A DNA stretch of 64,000 bases from Tubulanus polymorphus (lineage: Eukaryota > Animalia > Nemertea): the NCBI RefSeq assembly GCF_964204645.1, contig NC_134032.1:10528275-10592274 (forward strand). The letters run 5' to 3'. The translations under genes and the position numbers were made by a program. Under the pieces are notes generated by a model that was not told where the DNA came from, did not search any database, and saw only the letters and a program-made list of their open reading frames with translations. This document shows, piece after piece, positions 37,748-53,600 of this stretch. The stretch's first letter is position 1; every line of letters begins with the position of its first letter.

Positions 37748-40700
37748 TTATCGATTTTGCAAATGATTCTTAATTTCCTCCAGCAACGAGTCACTGATAT
37801 TATTACCGGGCGCGAGGGTAACATCTTTCAAGGTCGGGTGCATTTTAACGAGTTCTAACAGTTTGGCGGCGCCAGCGTCTCCGATCTGATTCCCTTCGAG
37901 GTCGAGACTCGACAACGCGGCGTTGGCGGCGAGTGCGCCGGCGAGAATGGCCGCACCGCCGTTACCGAGCCGGTTATAATCGAGCGACACCGTTCGCAAG
38001 TTCGGACTCTCGGCGATCGCGGTGAAAACTCGCAACCAGCCTTTCGCGGTGACGCGCTCGTTTCCAGTCAGGTTCAGTGTTTTTAAACTCGGAGTCGCGG
38101 CGATCAAAGCGGCGACGGAACCGGCGCCATCGTTCGTCGCTCCGACGTCTCCGATATCGAGTTCCGACAGCCGCAGCAGACGCAACGCTTCCGCGATATC
38201 CCGCAGCGAATCGGAACGCAACGCTTCGTCGATCGCGCCGGTTGCGATGTCGCGAGCAGCTTTGTTGATTCGTTCATCTTCCGGGTCCGCCGTCGCCGCT
38301 GCAGGTGACGACGGTTCGTCGGGCAATGTCCGTTCGTCTGTCAACTCCTGAAGTGTATCCGCTATGACCTTGACACCCTGGTCGCCGATCGGGTTACCGT
38401 GAAGACTGAAAACCAAAATATCGACATTTTCTTGTAAAATGTGTTGATTATTTCATGAAATGTCATTTGAGATGACAAAAAACTTTTAGAAATGAGGTTT
38501 TTCTTATAGAAAAACGCTGGTTTTTAAAAACATGAATATATAAATGATTATTGATATAACAGGATTTTATGTTGTTTATCTTATTTTTGCAAAAGCGCTG
38601 GGCTGAGTTAAAGCTGAAAATGAATACACGATTTTAGAGCAATTTAATTGAAATGATACATTAATCTATGATTTCAGCCAAGAATGGAACCGTATTCTAA
38701 ATGAACCCTGAAATATTCATAACAAAAACTAGATTTTTGTACGAATGGATCCTATCAAATTCAAACTCCTAACTGTGGAACTGGGTCCTTGGTCAATTGG
38801 TTTCTCTTCACTATCGCGAGATCTACCAATAGCAAGTTCCATACAGATATTAAGTTTGAATCTAAACAGTTAGAATGAGTTCATTTTCAATAAGTTGATT
38901 TTAGAGTAAAAATTGTACCGGTAACTATAGGTACTCGCAGGTTCCCGTTCAATAGTTCTTGGTAGATTTTTACTCTAAGTTCAAAACTATTGAAAACGTA
39001 CAAATTTCCACATCGAAAAGCAAACCTTATCCAAATTTTGTGTCTTAAATCATACCCAATGATATAAAATTACAGTGAACCCCCGATATACCGCCCTCCC
39101 ATATACTGCCACCCCCGCCTACCAGCAGGTTTTCTCCAAGTACATCTCTATATAAATAAATAGTAAAACACCCCCGATATACCGCCATACTCTCTATACT
39201 GCCAAAATCATTCTGCACCGACGTGGGCGGTATATCAGGGGTTGACTGTAGTTAGAGCGGGTTTCGTTAGAATGCGGTTCCACTATATTATGAGGGACGA
39301 TACTTACAGTAGAACTTGTATATCCGGTTTGTGTTTTAAGACGGCAGCCACGTGAGCGATACCGTCGCCGGTAATCTTGTTCAGATTCAGATTAAGAAGC
39401 TATAAACAGCAGAAAGAGAGAAGCTTGGTGCACAAAATCGATCATTAAACAGCGAAAATGAACCGTTCATGAAGTACATATGATCGGTACGCATCCCGAG
39501 TTTATGGACACGGATGTAGGCTTGCATTAGGCACCGCTCAAGTTGGATCCGATTAACACGAATATTACTTGGAAAACTTAATGAATTATCCATCGGGCAA
39601 CTCTGATATTGCTCTCAATTTAGACAAATCTTGGCAATCCAAAAAGATCACACTGGAGCAGAGTCTACTGCATACATGTTTGAGTAATCTGACAGATTAC
39701 TCCAAACATACATATACTCTGCGTCAGGCATTTATCTGTAGCTTTGATTGATTTAATCTAAAGACGTCTTAAAAACACCAAATTTTTTTTCCTAATATGC
39801 TGTATGAGGACACCAAAAACTCTCTCATCCCTCTGATTGCATATGTACTTAATGAACGATGTCGTATGATTGAGCTATTAAAAGTATCCAAAAAGAAAGG
39901 AGATGCCTATAAAAATTCACAGATATGTCCATGAAAAGACAATTTATTCTCGACACATTTTGTCTAGTTTAACAGCAAGCAATGAAATCAAGATGAATGA
40001 AATTCTACATGAGAACTTGAAGCAAACTGATTCGTGAATTTGTTATAGGTATCTCCTGTTCCCTTTACTATCTTCAAGATTTTAAAAACTAGTTCGAAAG
40101 GACTCAAAAAACTTCTTGTTTGTTAGCGAAATTAACCTTTGTTTTAAGGGGTGGGTTTCCCCAAATTGATAAAGAACACAAGTTTTTTTTCAGTCCTTTC
40201 ATATATTCCTCAGCTGCGAAGCTCCAAAATAATAAAAGTTTGAAATTTTATTAAAAAACTAAAAACATTCATCATTCTCTTGTGATATGGTTCTTTAACA
40301 TGGATTGTTGTTAAACTCAATTAAGATTGTTTAACTTAGATATTCAAAGGGTTTAATCATAACCTTATTTGTTGTTTCTTTTAGGCCTAACCTTTTAAAA
40401 TATGTATCTATTTTGAACTTTAAAGCAATGAGTTACAGATTAAAAGATTTAGGCACTTATGAATATTTCAACATAGATTTATTGAATCCTACTGTTGTAT
40501 AGGGTTATAAAGGTAGGATACAATAAAACAGCAAATTATAATTTCACAAGTTAATAATCTGTTAGGAATCAAAATGATTACCAAAACTTTGAAGGTGAAT
40601 TTCGTTTGAGGAAAACAGGACAGAAAAAAATACCACGGAAAATACGGACACACAAGAATTGAAGAATGGAATAGAGAAAAGGAGCTCAGCGGGGTTAAAA

Positions 40701-41611
40701 AGAATTTGTTAAAAATATCTAAATATGAACTGAAAAGGTTAAATATCTAGCAATAAAAACATCTAAATTAAAGTTGAATATTTAAAAAAGTTAAATATCT
40801 ATGAATATATCGGTCAGATTAAGAGTCTTAGTCCTAATCATAGAATAGGTTGAAGTAAGAATTTTAAAATTATTCATATTAAGCATTATTGAAGTAGTCT
40901 CGAGTAGGATTATATATATTTGATAGCTAGTTTCATGCCAAAGTTAGTTGAAATACTTTTAAAGGGAACTTACGACTATGTTTGATGGTGATTTGATGAT
41001 AGCCTCGCTCAATTCGGCCATTGATAAATCATCGAGTTTAGCATTACGAGCCACGATTGATTGTACGTCGTTTCTTTCTGTGATTTCTTTACAAAGTTCC
41101 GTAACCTGAAAATAATCGAAAAACTTTCTCCAATGGCAACCTTCTCATATTCGATGAATTCAACGATTCATTAAAACTACGATTAGTTCTAATGATGGCC
41201 GATTCATTCTCAAGGACTTCAACGATTCAGTAAATTTATGATTAGTTCTATTGACGGCCTTCTAATTGTTGTTAATTTCACTGATTCAGAAAAACTGTGT
41301 AACTAATGAAGACCTTCTTATTCTTGATAACTTCAACGATTCATTGAAATTATGATTAGCTTGATTTGTTAGACGACCTCCTTACTCTCAATGATTTCAA
41401 TGTTTCAGCAAAACTATAATGAGTTACTTAAGATTGATTAGTACCTGTTGTTTATTGAGATCCATATTAGATACGTCTAAATCTTTGCGATCCTTTAAAA
41501 GGTGCGCAATGCTGCCGTCGTGTTGAAGAGTTTCCTCCACCCCGACGTCCGACATCAGTGTACCGTTTAGCTGAGCGGTGTCTTCTGCTGTAATTCCATC
41601 CGGGTCGTTAC
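37748..41611 (-). other. RNI-like leucine-rich-repeat coding region (last four exons of the ERICH3-like model)
   Basis: LNLNLNKITGDGIAHVA, LHGNPIGDQGVKVIA, LDIGDVGATNDG, LNLTGNERVT, VSLDYNRLGNGGA, LDLEGNQIGDAGA. Confidence 0.85.
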
Positions 41612-44600
41612 CTGAAATAGACCGGGTAGCGAAATAGAATACAATATCATCGATCGAATAGGAAATTCTGTCAAATCCACGTCCATATTTCCTATCTAGA
41701 TTTGACTCAAGTTCCAAACGGTCATTGTAAAGTAGAACCTGCTTAATAATTCGGCTCATTTTTGGGACAAATGAAATTTATCTATTTTATGAGAAATCAG
41801 GATTACAAGTCATATTCTACATACATCTACAGAGGCCTTAAGGTGGATCGTATAATCTTGGAATATTCCAGTCTGATTACTCCATGGTATAATGATATCT
41901 GATAATGTCTAAATCCGTATTTAACTGAGTGGAATGAAGCGGGTTCGACTTTAAGTTTTTTAAACCGTAACTTAAGATTTCATGTTCTTTTTCACACAGA
42001 ATAACCATTAAAAATATCTTCACTCAAACAACTGCAGATTGACTAAAAAGCTGAGTAGAATTCATTGCATCTAAACAAAGAATATGAAAACAATATACAG
42101 GCACAAAAAAACTCAACTAAATGAACTACTGTTCGTGCTGAACTACGAGGTTGTATTTTAATCCTGAAAGAAATTCACGACAAAAAGCGTGCAGCGATTG
42201 TAAGTAGCGTTCAAAATGACAAGTTTCATTTTTCTCACATTCGCTTTTTTCGGAGACGTTTTGCGTCGGCTTCGTCTGTGAAGAAGGTTCGAGGTCTGCC
42301 TCAATCGACTTGTCACCTTCGGCCTTGTCGAGCCATCTGTTAGCCAGAAACGTGATTGCGGCGCCATCTGGTGACTGTTTGATGGTAATTTCATCGACGT
42401 ACCAACCGCAACCAACGCCAGAGTTATCGTGGCCGATTCTTAACTTCGAAATCTTTGAAAAAAATTTGTTCTACCGACATCAAAATAATGCGACCAGAAT
42501 TCCGAATCATTTCTTAAACCTTACTAGAAAAGATGGCTGCCCCTATTGCTCCCCCTATGGCATCATCTAACTGCCAATTTAATATCTCTTTATGACATCA
42601 TGATTTAAGAAAGCAAAGTTTTCTGAAATTATCATGATCGAATGAAATCATTTGAAGACGACTTGATGATATCATAGGGGGAATTAGTCAGTCAGGGAAT
42701 GAGGCAGTCATGTTTCCTAGGTTACTTTGAAATGTATGTCAACAAAAAGAATTCGGAGGTTTATGTATTCGTTTACCTCCTCGCCCACATCAACGGCGTT
42801 AACGCGGAAAACATCGGTCTTTCCGCGTTCGAATTTGTTGAAATTCGTCTCCGATTTTGTCAACCATATAACCCCGGTTTTATCGCTATTACCGTGGATA
42901 ACAATGTAAACGTTCGAGTCAGTTCCGGAGTTCGGAATGTCACCGGTTTTAACGGAAATTTCGTAGCTTCGCAATTCACCTGATAAATTATACATGACAG
43001 GTTTTAATAGAAATGGATACAAAGTAAATCGGACTACGTTCGTGTCTCCTTAGAACTCTCAAAAAGCAGTGGTGGTCTGTTCTGGACAAGTCAAAATTTG
43101 CCCAGCTCCTGTCCTCACCCCCAGGTAAGCCACTGAATTAGAAACTAGCAGTTTCAGAAAAATCGTGAACCAGAAAACTCAGAGAATTTGATAAATTTTG
43201 CCATAACTCAGGGATTTGCAAATGAGGGAAAGTAGCCACCCTGCTTCACCAAAACAAGATACATTTGTAGCAAAATATTCATGGCCAACATCTTTATTAC
43301 CAGATACACCTAGAGCAAGTTGTAAACAATTGTTTTCAATTCGCTCTAGATGTATACATGCTAGGAACTCCGAATGTCAACATTTACTCATACAATCCCA
43401 CATGTTTCAACGATATATAATCATAACACCAGAAGAAGACTAGCGTGACACAGTCCAAACATGTCGAGTAAATAAACTGTTAATATGAAGATGTTAGCCT
43501 CGACTTTTTTGCTAAGTCTACTGGTTTAAAACTATCTATCGGCAGATATATTTACATACCTCCATCTAAATCATCATCCTCAGCATCTGATTCACTGTCG
43601 GATGAGGATGGTGAACTGTACGTCAGTGACGAAGCTGATGATTGGTCGCTTGACTGCGAGATGTTGTCATCATTATCTGTGTGTCGAAAAATGAAAATAC
43701 AAAATAAGTAACTGATACAATAACTACAGAAAATATGGCTGCATCCATTAAAACCTCTTTGACATCATCAAATTGATGTTTCTAGAAAATATAACTGCTT
43801 ACATAACCCCCCCCCCCAATGAAATCATTAAATTGTACCTATAGACCATTCCAGAAAAGATTGCTGCCTCAAAAATCATCAAATCCATTCCTACAGACCT
43901 TTCTGGGAAAGATGGTTGTCTACATAAATTCCCCTATGACATCACGTACATCTGTACATACCTGATGGTTTCCCCTCTCGGTTCTCTTTGGTTGGATCGT
44001 CTTTCTTCAGTTCTTCATCCAGCGTTTCTTTCTCGAGTTCTTCCTCAGGCTCTAGCGATAATTTTCTCATTAACTTCTGTAATGATATAACTTAAACTTC
44101 ATGTTTCTGTAAACAATAAAAATCTGCACTCAGGGCTCACTGCTATTAGAGCGTGAACTTCAGATTTGTCAGTGTCTTACCACTTCTTCAGCAACAATAC
44201 TTATTGGTTCTTCGTCCTTTGCCATACAACCTTTTGTAACCTCATGAACCTGGACATGCCTAGTTACTTCAACTGTTACCACTTTATCCTGGATAGCAAC
44301 GTGTTCAGGGATGAATTCCACTTCAGACTGTGCCATCAATTCCTCATCACTTCCATCATCAGCTTTTGCTTTTTCTTCTTCATTATCACTAGTCGTCATG
44401 GCTTCATCATTTGCCGTTTCCACAACATCGACTTTGGAGTCATCATCCTCTGCATCTTTTTGGAATTTATCATCTGCATCTGTTTTCTCTCGGTCATCTT
44501 CTCGAGGAGCTTCTGGTGCCACATCATCGACTACCGCGTCAACTTCAACAACGCGTTTCTCAGCCACTTCGCGTTCTAAGTTAATGACGCACAATATATA

Positions 44601-47600
44601 AGGTTACTCAGTTACAACGTATGGATTATGACAATGTACAATTTGACAATCATGCATTTTTACAGCTACTATTTAGGAAGTATTTATGCCAACTGAGAAG
44701 AGGTTACGTTGTACAATTATTCAATCTTTCAGAATTTGGTCAGAATCATGAGAGAGGTTAATTAGAGAGAGGTTAAGAACTATTTACAGTTGTAGATAAT
44801 GCATTTGCAAAGACCAAGCTTTACATACTTCCTGAACAGTTTGAAACACAGCTAAAACATTCATTAGACCCTGGTTAAACATTCTTCCTCAGTTGTCCAA
44901 ATTTTGAATTGTGTTAAAAAAGAAAATGATCACCTTTTTCGGAAGATAATCATTGCATTGTAAAATTTCATAGGGATTTACAAAATTAAAGCTTAAGTCA
45001 CCATCGTCACTTAAATCATCTTGAATTTGAGTTCCAATTCAGTTTACTAAGCAGAAGTCGTCAACAAAATATATCGGTCTTGACAACAACAACTTAAGCG
45101 AGTTTCAACTGTATTTCTGCTGCCCCAGTGACCCAGGAGGTTTTCACCGTGGTAGACTGACACGGCTTAGAAAAGCTCAACCACATTTTTACAAATGAAT
45201 TCCATCACCTTAACATTCAAAATACGGGTAGCTATTATATCTATACACAGTACATATACAGTGCTAAATATCCAATATCGATATCTGAGTCATGCATTCA
45301 TTTCTAAATCCTAGGTACAAGTATTCCTTACATGTTTCAGTGATAGCAGTGATGCACCTGACAATAATTTTTGTGATTTGCTTCATGCATATATATTTTG
45401 TAACTAACAAGTCTATTTGCTGGTGGCCCAAAAAGCCTTCCGAGTCCAGATAAAAGCTAGTTAAAAGCTATCTTATTCACGGTCACAAATTTATTTACAA
45501 TAGAAAAAGGATGAAAATTTTAACAGTTTATTTTCACTGATTTGTGGTGTTTGAGCAGACGGCTTGTGATGTTGTTGTGAAGTGGTTTGACCTGGTTACA
45601 TACCATACACAGCTCTACTAGTGACTTTATTGTGATGATGCTGATGATGCAGAAAAAAAAATTCAAAGAAAACCATTTGTTTATCAATTTTGTTTGCTTA
45701 ACCATCAATTATTAAGTTCTATTATCCGCATGACCAAAGCATTGGACAAACCCTGCTCTTCCCTGGTAGCTCATTTGTAATCTTACCAGGTGTTGCCTTC
45801 CCTCTCCCCTTAACTGATCGCGGGGCAAAACTTGTCCTTTTTGGTATCCTATTACAAACAGTAGTTACAGCGATTGCCTTCCTTCTACCCCAAATGAGTT
45901 TCGTAGGACAAAATCTGCCTTTTTGGTGCCGCTACTAAAGAGAACAGCCCCAAAACTCCTTTTCCTCTGTCTATCCCCTCATTCTGATTTCAAAACCTTC
46001 ATTAAATCTTTTAAAATCAGAGTTTCCAACCCCAATCAATGAAATGCATAGTAGGAAATCCATTCCACACAGACACTTATCTTCACACACACTTCATTGC
46101 CCATTTCTGTAGCAACATCCTTTTTCCAAGTATTTTTACACAGGAAATTCTCCCAAGACTCTTTGGAAATGATGATAAGTGAACTTACCGTCATCACTGT
46201 GCTGAACCTCTACAATAATGTCTCTATCAGATTTACCACCTCCACCACCTCCTCGCTTGTCATTTCCGCCATCGTCTTTCTCAAAATCATCAGAATATCC
46301 CTAGAAATATAGCAGACAATATTTCATCACGTTTTCTGGAAGTTGAAGTATGCCTTATTCGAATCGATTCTCAGACAAAGGAGAGGAATAATTGATTAGT
46401 CCACTAAATAGAGAAGGAACTACAATGCCAAACTTGACCAAAAATTATTGGAGAGCCAAATACCAGGTATTGACTAGTTTAGCTAGGTTTATTCTTGAAG
46501 TGCATAAGGACCTGATGATATAAAACTAGAAGACATTTTAACTTTTACTTGGTCGAAAATGAACTAAAGTATGACTTACACCAGATGAAGATCCTGAACT
46601 TGATGATGAGCTTGAACTGCTACTGCTGTCCGAATCACTATCTGAATCACTATCATCCTTCTTCTTTTTCTTCTTATCATCTTTTTTCTTCGCTTCTTTC
46701 TCATCCTTTTCAGAATCTTCTTTTTCATCCTTTTTATCGGCATCTTCAACCTTTTCCTCATTGTCCTCATCATCAAAATCATCTTCATAATCTGAAAACG
46801 AGGAGAAATTTTATTCAAATTTCTCGACAGTTTCATGACTTTCCAATGTTGGCTGCCTTCATAAATCCCCATGAAATCATGAAATGACCCTTATTGACAC
46901 TTCCAGAGAAGAAAAACCCACAATACTACCGGTAAGTAAAACCGATAAAGGATTTTTATGTTCTGACACAAGTGCTATGAGCCAACAGATTTATTTCCTA
47001 AGAACATTCGAATTGTAGGTTTTTTCTTTAATTGAATTAGACATTCACTTGTCTATGGAAACCAACATCAAGAAAAGATGGCTACCTCCATAAATCTCAA
47101 TATGACATCATCGAACTTCCCCTATGGAACATTCTACTAATTGACTGCCTTTATGAAATCCATAAAGCATCATTGATGAGGTCATCAGGGAATTTATAGA
47201 AGCAGTTGCGGCAATTGTGATACCGCTAAGTGTAGAAACATCAAAGTGGGTATTTCAATTCTTCATGGTGCCAATGCCAAAATTATGTGAACCCCAGGCA
47301 TTCCATCAAAACCAGTGACACAAAACATATCAAACAGAAAAAAAATATAATGCAAGTGTTCAATCAGGTGTCCTGAATTCTGAATGTGTTGTCTTTCCTC
47401 CTGTTGCTAAAAAAGAAACAATCGGTGATATTTTCGTGCTTGAAAATCATGTAATGAACCTTTCTCTGTTTCTGCATCAACGTCAGAGTTGTCCTCATCA
47501 GTTTCATCATCGTTACAATTGATTTCCACTTCTTCTTCATTCTCATTTTCATTCTCATCATCACTTTCGAACTTATCATCATCATACTGTTCTTCGTCAC

Positions 47601-50600
47601 ACTCCGCCTTGTCCACTTCGCTGGCTGACAAATTAACCGATCCATTGATTAGTTATGAATTATTCGATTTATTCTAGTAATGTAGTTTTTATAGAGCAAA
47701 TCTCACACACACACATGAAAATCAGGATTCTAAAATTTACAAAATGACCCAACACCAAACACCACTACACTAGATTGTTAGTATAGTCCCAAAGGACAAA
47801 GTTACAAATGACTTAACCTTGAACACGATCTAATGTGATCAGGATGACTTAGAACTAGCGCTATACAACCGACACCAAAACCCCTCCCCAAAATCAGACA
47901 GTGCAGAAAACTTGTGTTGTGTAGAAATATTCACCATTGGTTTCAGTTGGATGCTGACTACTTGTATCTGCACCTTCTTCAGTTGTTACACTAACCGAAA
48001 TGATATTACTGACATCGTCCTCTAATTGTTTTGGTTCTGTAAACACAGCACCTGGATTTCAGTTTCAATCATAGAAGAAAAACTTAAGATCCCCTACAGG
48101 CACTCTATTGATCATTATTAAGTAATGGATAGACCTGGGTCAAACTTAAAATTGATCAGTCGGATTTCTACAAAGGTTTCTCTTTTTACTAGCATCAAGC
48201 TCAAGATTTGCGCAGTCCTAGATGGAATGTTCACAAAGGCAAGACAACCATTTGAAAGTTGTTCATGTGCCATCAAATCTCAAATACTCCAGGATGATCA
48301 CCGACAAATTCAGATTAATCAGTCAGACAGGTTACAAGATGTGTCCAGTCTATAAAACCATGACAAGGCAAAAAGATGTAAGATTCCAATATTGCCATTT
48401 TCCAAGACCTTTTCCAACGAAAAATGCTGTTCCACAAGCTTCAGCTCCTCATCAACAAAATATTTGCCTAAAATTCAAAACAAATGTAATATTCTTTTAC
48501 CTTCTCCAGATTTCTTGTCGCCTTTGCCTTTTTTCTTCACTTGTTTGTCCACTTTACACCTGTTTTGAAAAGATCAGATTATTAAGCCGCGTAATACAAA
48601 CATGGTTTTGTAAAGGGCATTCATAAAGTATGAGCGCCTCCATGCATAGGGAAGAAGTAAAATTTGGAGTTATAAGATTGCATGTATGAGATAGGAGGTT
48701 GTTCGTACTTTATGAATGGCCTTAACTGTTTCAGGATCATTTTGAAATGGGAATCAGCTTACTTGTAACACGGTTGTGCTCCCTGTATTTTGGTGATAGC
48801 GAAGTGACCGGCTTTGCCTCCAAGACGGTGACCAGGGGCATGTTTATACTCGCAGCAAACGCTCAGACGACAATCCTGAATACCGTTTACATAAAACGTC
48901 AAACTGAACGGATAACCGCAGTGTCGCCGCGATATAAAACTAAACTTCTCTACAATTTCAATCAGAAAAATATTTGTTAATTAAAACGTAAAACAAGGTT
49001 CGTGGGAAAATAGCTTTGTTCACATTGATAACCTAGCTGGAATTATGCAGTCACCTGGGGCCTGTTTTATCAACTGTTATCATCTTAACATGGGGATTAA
49101 CTCAATCCATTTCCAATTGAGTTAACCCCCAGGTTTAAGTTGATACCAGTCTATGAAACCTCCCTAGTGGAAATGACAAGCCAGTAATGGTTGCTGGTCT
49201 GATGATGACCATTAGGGTGTGGTTACTGATCTGATGATGACCATTAGGATGTGGCCACTAATTCATGATAACCACTATGGTTTTGATATTCTGTTCACCT
49301 AGAGACGTGACCATTACAGCCTGATGATGACCACGAAGATGTAGTCACTCACATGAGAATGACCGCTAGCATATGGTCACTTCCAAGGTAGTGAACACTA
49401 GGGTGTCGTCACTCACTGTCAAGTAACTTCAAAGATGCCCTTACTCAAAGGAAAATGGCTTGAACTATCACTGTACTTACGATCAGGCTGTAGTCTTCCT
49501 CTGAACACAGTCAGCGTATTACCCCCGCAGTGTTGTTGTTCTACTGTTACCTCGTGGCGTGGATCTTCCAGAATTTCTCTCGCCAGTTGCAACGTACTTC
49601 CGTAATATAACATCTCGACTTCGCAGTTTGTATGTACCTGACCCTGGTGCTGTTTGGCAGTTTCTAATTTTACAAGATGTGTCGGACCCTGCACAAGTAA
49701 TAATCAGTTAATAATCATAGTTAAGTGCCATTGAAGTAATTGAAATGAGCTATGTTTAGACTTAAGAGTATAAGTTATTGAATTGAACTAACTGTAGAAT
49801 TTGAGTAGAATTTAAGTTAAAGTTACCAAATAAAGTTTTTTGAGTTTAAGTTTAAGTTATTGAAATGAAATAGTTTTGACTGAAGAGTTAAAGAAAATTA
49901 CAAACTTATGATTTTGACTGTATATTCAAAGTACCTCATAAGATTTATTTTTGACTCTAAGCAACCATTTCATCAATAGCTTACCCTAGCTGACTGGGCT
50001 CTCTGTCCAAGTGGTTGTAGTTTCGGGCGTCTACTAGCCGAGCGCGTTTGGGCCGCCGATCGGGCTGTACGGGGTGGCGACGGTACCTTCGTTCCAGGCG
50101 GTATCTGCGATGTTAAATAAGGAGATGAGGACAAACTTAAACCTTTCTCAAACTCGTCCAGGTGTAACGCGTAATGCTGTAAGGCTGATTGGTCGAGCTA
50201 CATAGAAAGAAATTTCACATATTCCCTACTGAATCTATCTACTTTCAAATCAACATTCTCACCATTTTTCGCTGGTTTTTAGAATCAACATTTTCACCAT
50301 TTAATATTTTCAATACTACACTAATTAGGAAGTTTTATCGCAAGAGGATATCTAAATATTTTCTAAATTTAACCATATATTTCAACGTGTTACATTTGGT
50401 TAACCAGTATTTACACGTACAGTAGACTATGCTTGCCACGGATGAGACTGCCTCTGATTATCAAGTGCCCAGCAAATAGGGTCAAAATTTTCCTATTCAA
50501 TTCATGTGACGATGATTCATAATTGCTCCAACCACTACAGAATTTGTTGCTTTCTTCGGGAAGATTTATCGGTCGCGTGAGAACCGAGGCAAACAGAGTC

Positions 50601-53600
50601 TACTCAATTATTCAACTATAATTTAGTTTGTATGCATACATAGATAAGGGTGGTATGTGTGTGTAGTGTAGTAGGCTCTGGTATGTGAGGTGAACTTACC
50701 GCGTATAGGTGGCGGGAGTCGTCATTATCGGGAGATTCGTCGCGTGCTGATAAAACCGGGAAGCCATCGGCGTCGATATAAACCGGTCGGTCTCTAGTGC
50801 TCTATATACAAACAATATTCACCTATAAGTTTGCTATCTTATACAGCTGCTTTTAGTTGGATCTTTTAAAACTGGATTTCTACATAAGTCGTATAGGGCC
50901 TATCAATTGATAAGTCATATAGGGCCTATCAATTGTTTTGGACAATCTTTCTATACTCGCAAAATGAAATGTTGGATTTTTCGCAAATTGGACAAAGATC
51001 CTTCTTCCAAAAAGATTAGCAGGCTTTTTTATATTCAAGTACGAGGACTCTGAAGGCCTCAAGGTCCTCAACTTACAGCTAAATTGTATAGGCTTAGTTT
51101 ATAGGCTAATCCCTGTCAACCATTTCTATGCTAAGTAATAAAAATCTAGTATAGTTTGTTATCGTTGATACAGTGGAACCGCATTAAAACGAAATTCAGG
51201 GGACCAGAAAATCTGTTTCGTTATGACATAGGCCTAGTTCTTTGTATCCAGTATAAAACTAATCTTACTAGGTAGGATATAAAGTTTGTTATATCCGGTT
51301 AATCGCTCTATCCTAGCTGGTTATAATGAAGTTCTGCTATTTTATCAAACTTGCTTAAGTCGTTGTAGTTGGGATAATTTGAATTGGAAATACGAACTCG
51401 GGATTCAAAAATAGAGACTTATTACACGTGGCAACTTGAACGATGAGAAGTTAAGCAAGTTTGACTGTAGAATGAGGACTGCACATGAAGTATCAGTTGA
51501 GAAAATGTACATTTCATGTACATAAGAGAGAAAGATTGAATGCGCATAAGTGAAAAATTGGTTCACTTTTAACCCCTTCTCTCCTATGTTGCACAGTACT
51601 GATTAACTATGTTGCAACAGCCCCTGATTAATCATTATGACGTAGTGCGTGCAAGTGATGCTTCGCTGATGCAACTGCGGAACTGGACCCGGAGTTCAAC
51701 CTAGTTTGAAGTGAATACTCACGTCTGGATGCTCCTGGAACCCGAGCGCCGCGTCCGGTCGTTTATACGGTTCACCTTTTTGACCTCGAGCTCCGCGAGC
51801 TTTAGACGTCTGCGGACGACTGCTTTTCGCCGAACTAGTCGATCGAGGTGACAAATACGGTAAAACATCCTCATCTCCTTTACGCCCTCGATCAGCCTGT
51901 AACATAGCACAAATAAATCAGTAAATCTGGTTACATATGACCACGCTCACGTGGGATTTTTTAACACAAGAAATTTGTCTGATTTGAGGGTGACATGCGA
52001 GTTGGATGGTGTTGTCAACTCTACTCAAGTCGAGAGAAATGAAAATTTTCTGGCTTCCCAGAAGAGTCAAACGCTCTAACCCCTCACCCACACCACATGC
52101 TGCATTCATTTTTCAAAGCAGTGTTTTGTAGTTGCTGCAGGGATAGGGGCAAAAACAACATGTTTCATGAAAGAATTTAAGCCAAAAACGCCTGTATTTA
52201 AAGTTGTATATTAAATATGAAGTAAAAAGAAAAATTTAAGTTTAACCTTTTGTGAAACTGACACTTGGCGCTAAATTAGAAAACTGGTTATAGAACAAAA
52301 TATTCTGAAGATGTAAATTGCAGATTAATTGAAGTGAATTAAATGGCAGACCTAGGTAACATATCTATTATTGCAATTCGTTTCACTCCAGCTAATATGA
52401 ATTGTAACCAGAAATGAGTCAAGATGATTTAGTTATACTCAAGTGTTGTTATAGGCCTGTTGAATATTTCATCATTTACACTTGAAAACACTTGTACGTA
52501 TTTTCAATGATTTTTAACTCTTTCCCGCGAGAGACTTAGGCTAGGTACTGGGAAAAAGCCAGCTACACTTGGTGCTTTCAAAACCCACTTTGCGATATCC
52601 TGAAGTCGAATACTCAAATCCTCTTCATGAACTATAAGGGTATGTACCCTTTTTCTACCTTTCGAACTCTACATGCTAATTTCATGCTGTAATTATTCTA
52701 AAAAGGTTGATGCTATTTAAGACTTCACTAGGGATGGGAAGAGCAATGTACCCTAAAACAATGACTCTATGATTGAGCCTTACAAGACTCCAGGCACCTT
52801 TAAAAAGTTTATATTCATTTAAACAATTATTCCTACAAAGCAGAAGGCGCATCCAAAACATACCCTAACCCAGTATGCTTAGGGTCACACTTAAAAATCC
52901 TATGCATCAATTAGAAATGTTTTTTCTAAAAATTTGGAGCCATCTAAGACCTTTTTCAAATGTGCTTTTCTTCCGGGAATGTTCTTCTTGCTAGATTCTG
53001 TTATCACTGGAGACGGAAGAATTGACACTTATTTCCAAATGCGGAAATCAAAAGAGAAAACTCCACATCTGGAAAAGCACAATCGAAAAAGGAGCGAATC
53101 TTCTCTGGGATAGCACGTACCCTAACTCGGCGTACGAGTTCTATTTTCGCGATCTCCTCGAGTTTTTTCTTGATTTGAACCTGTCTGGTGCGTTCCATGT
53201 CGAGCGTTTTGTGAACGATGGCCTGCGCGAGCAGATCTTTAACGTGTTGCTTGTGCTCCTTACGCGACATGTTCAAACGGTACGTGTTCTCCGTGACGAT
53301 TTCCCCGCGTCGATTCACGAGACCCGCCTTACGTAGGTGGCGCCTCTTTTTCTTGTCGGCGAAATAGCCGCACAGATGCGGGTCCATCAGACTGTTGTAC
53401 GCGGCCAACGGCCTGAAAAAAATAATCCACGAGAAAAAGTTAGTTTATTTAGAAGCATTTTTTATTTGGATATAAGTTAAAAAACAAGGTTTCTTTATCA
53501 GTGGACCCAGTTCTAAAATGCTGGGGCCAATGGCACATGTCATGGCTTAGATTCAAAACCAGGCCACGACCAACTTAGTTCTATAGCCAATCTAAGAACT

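Noticed and set aside
50260-50320. Small extra ERICH3 exon (LKILNGENVDSKNQRKM)
   Set aside because: Its start phase is incompatible with the phase-0 flanking exons at the obvious acceptor.
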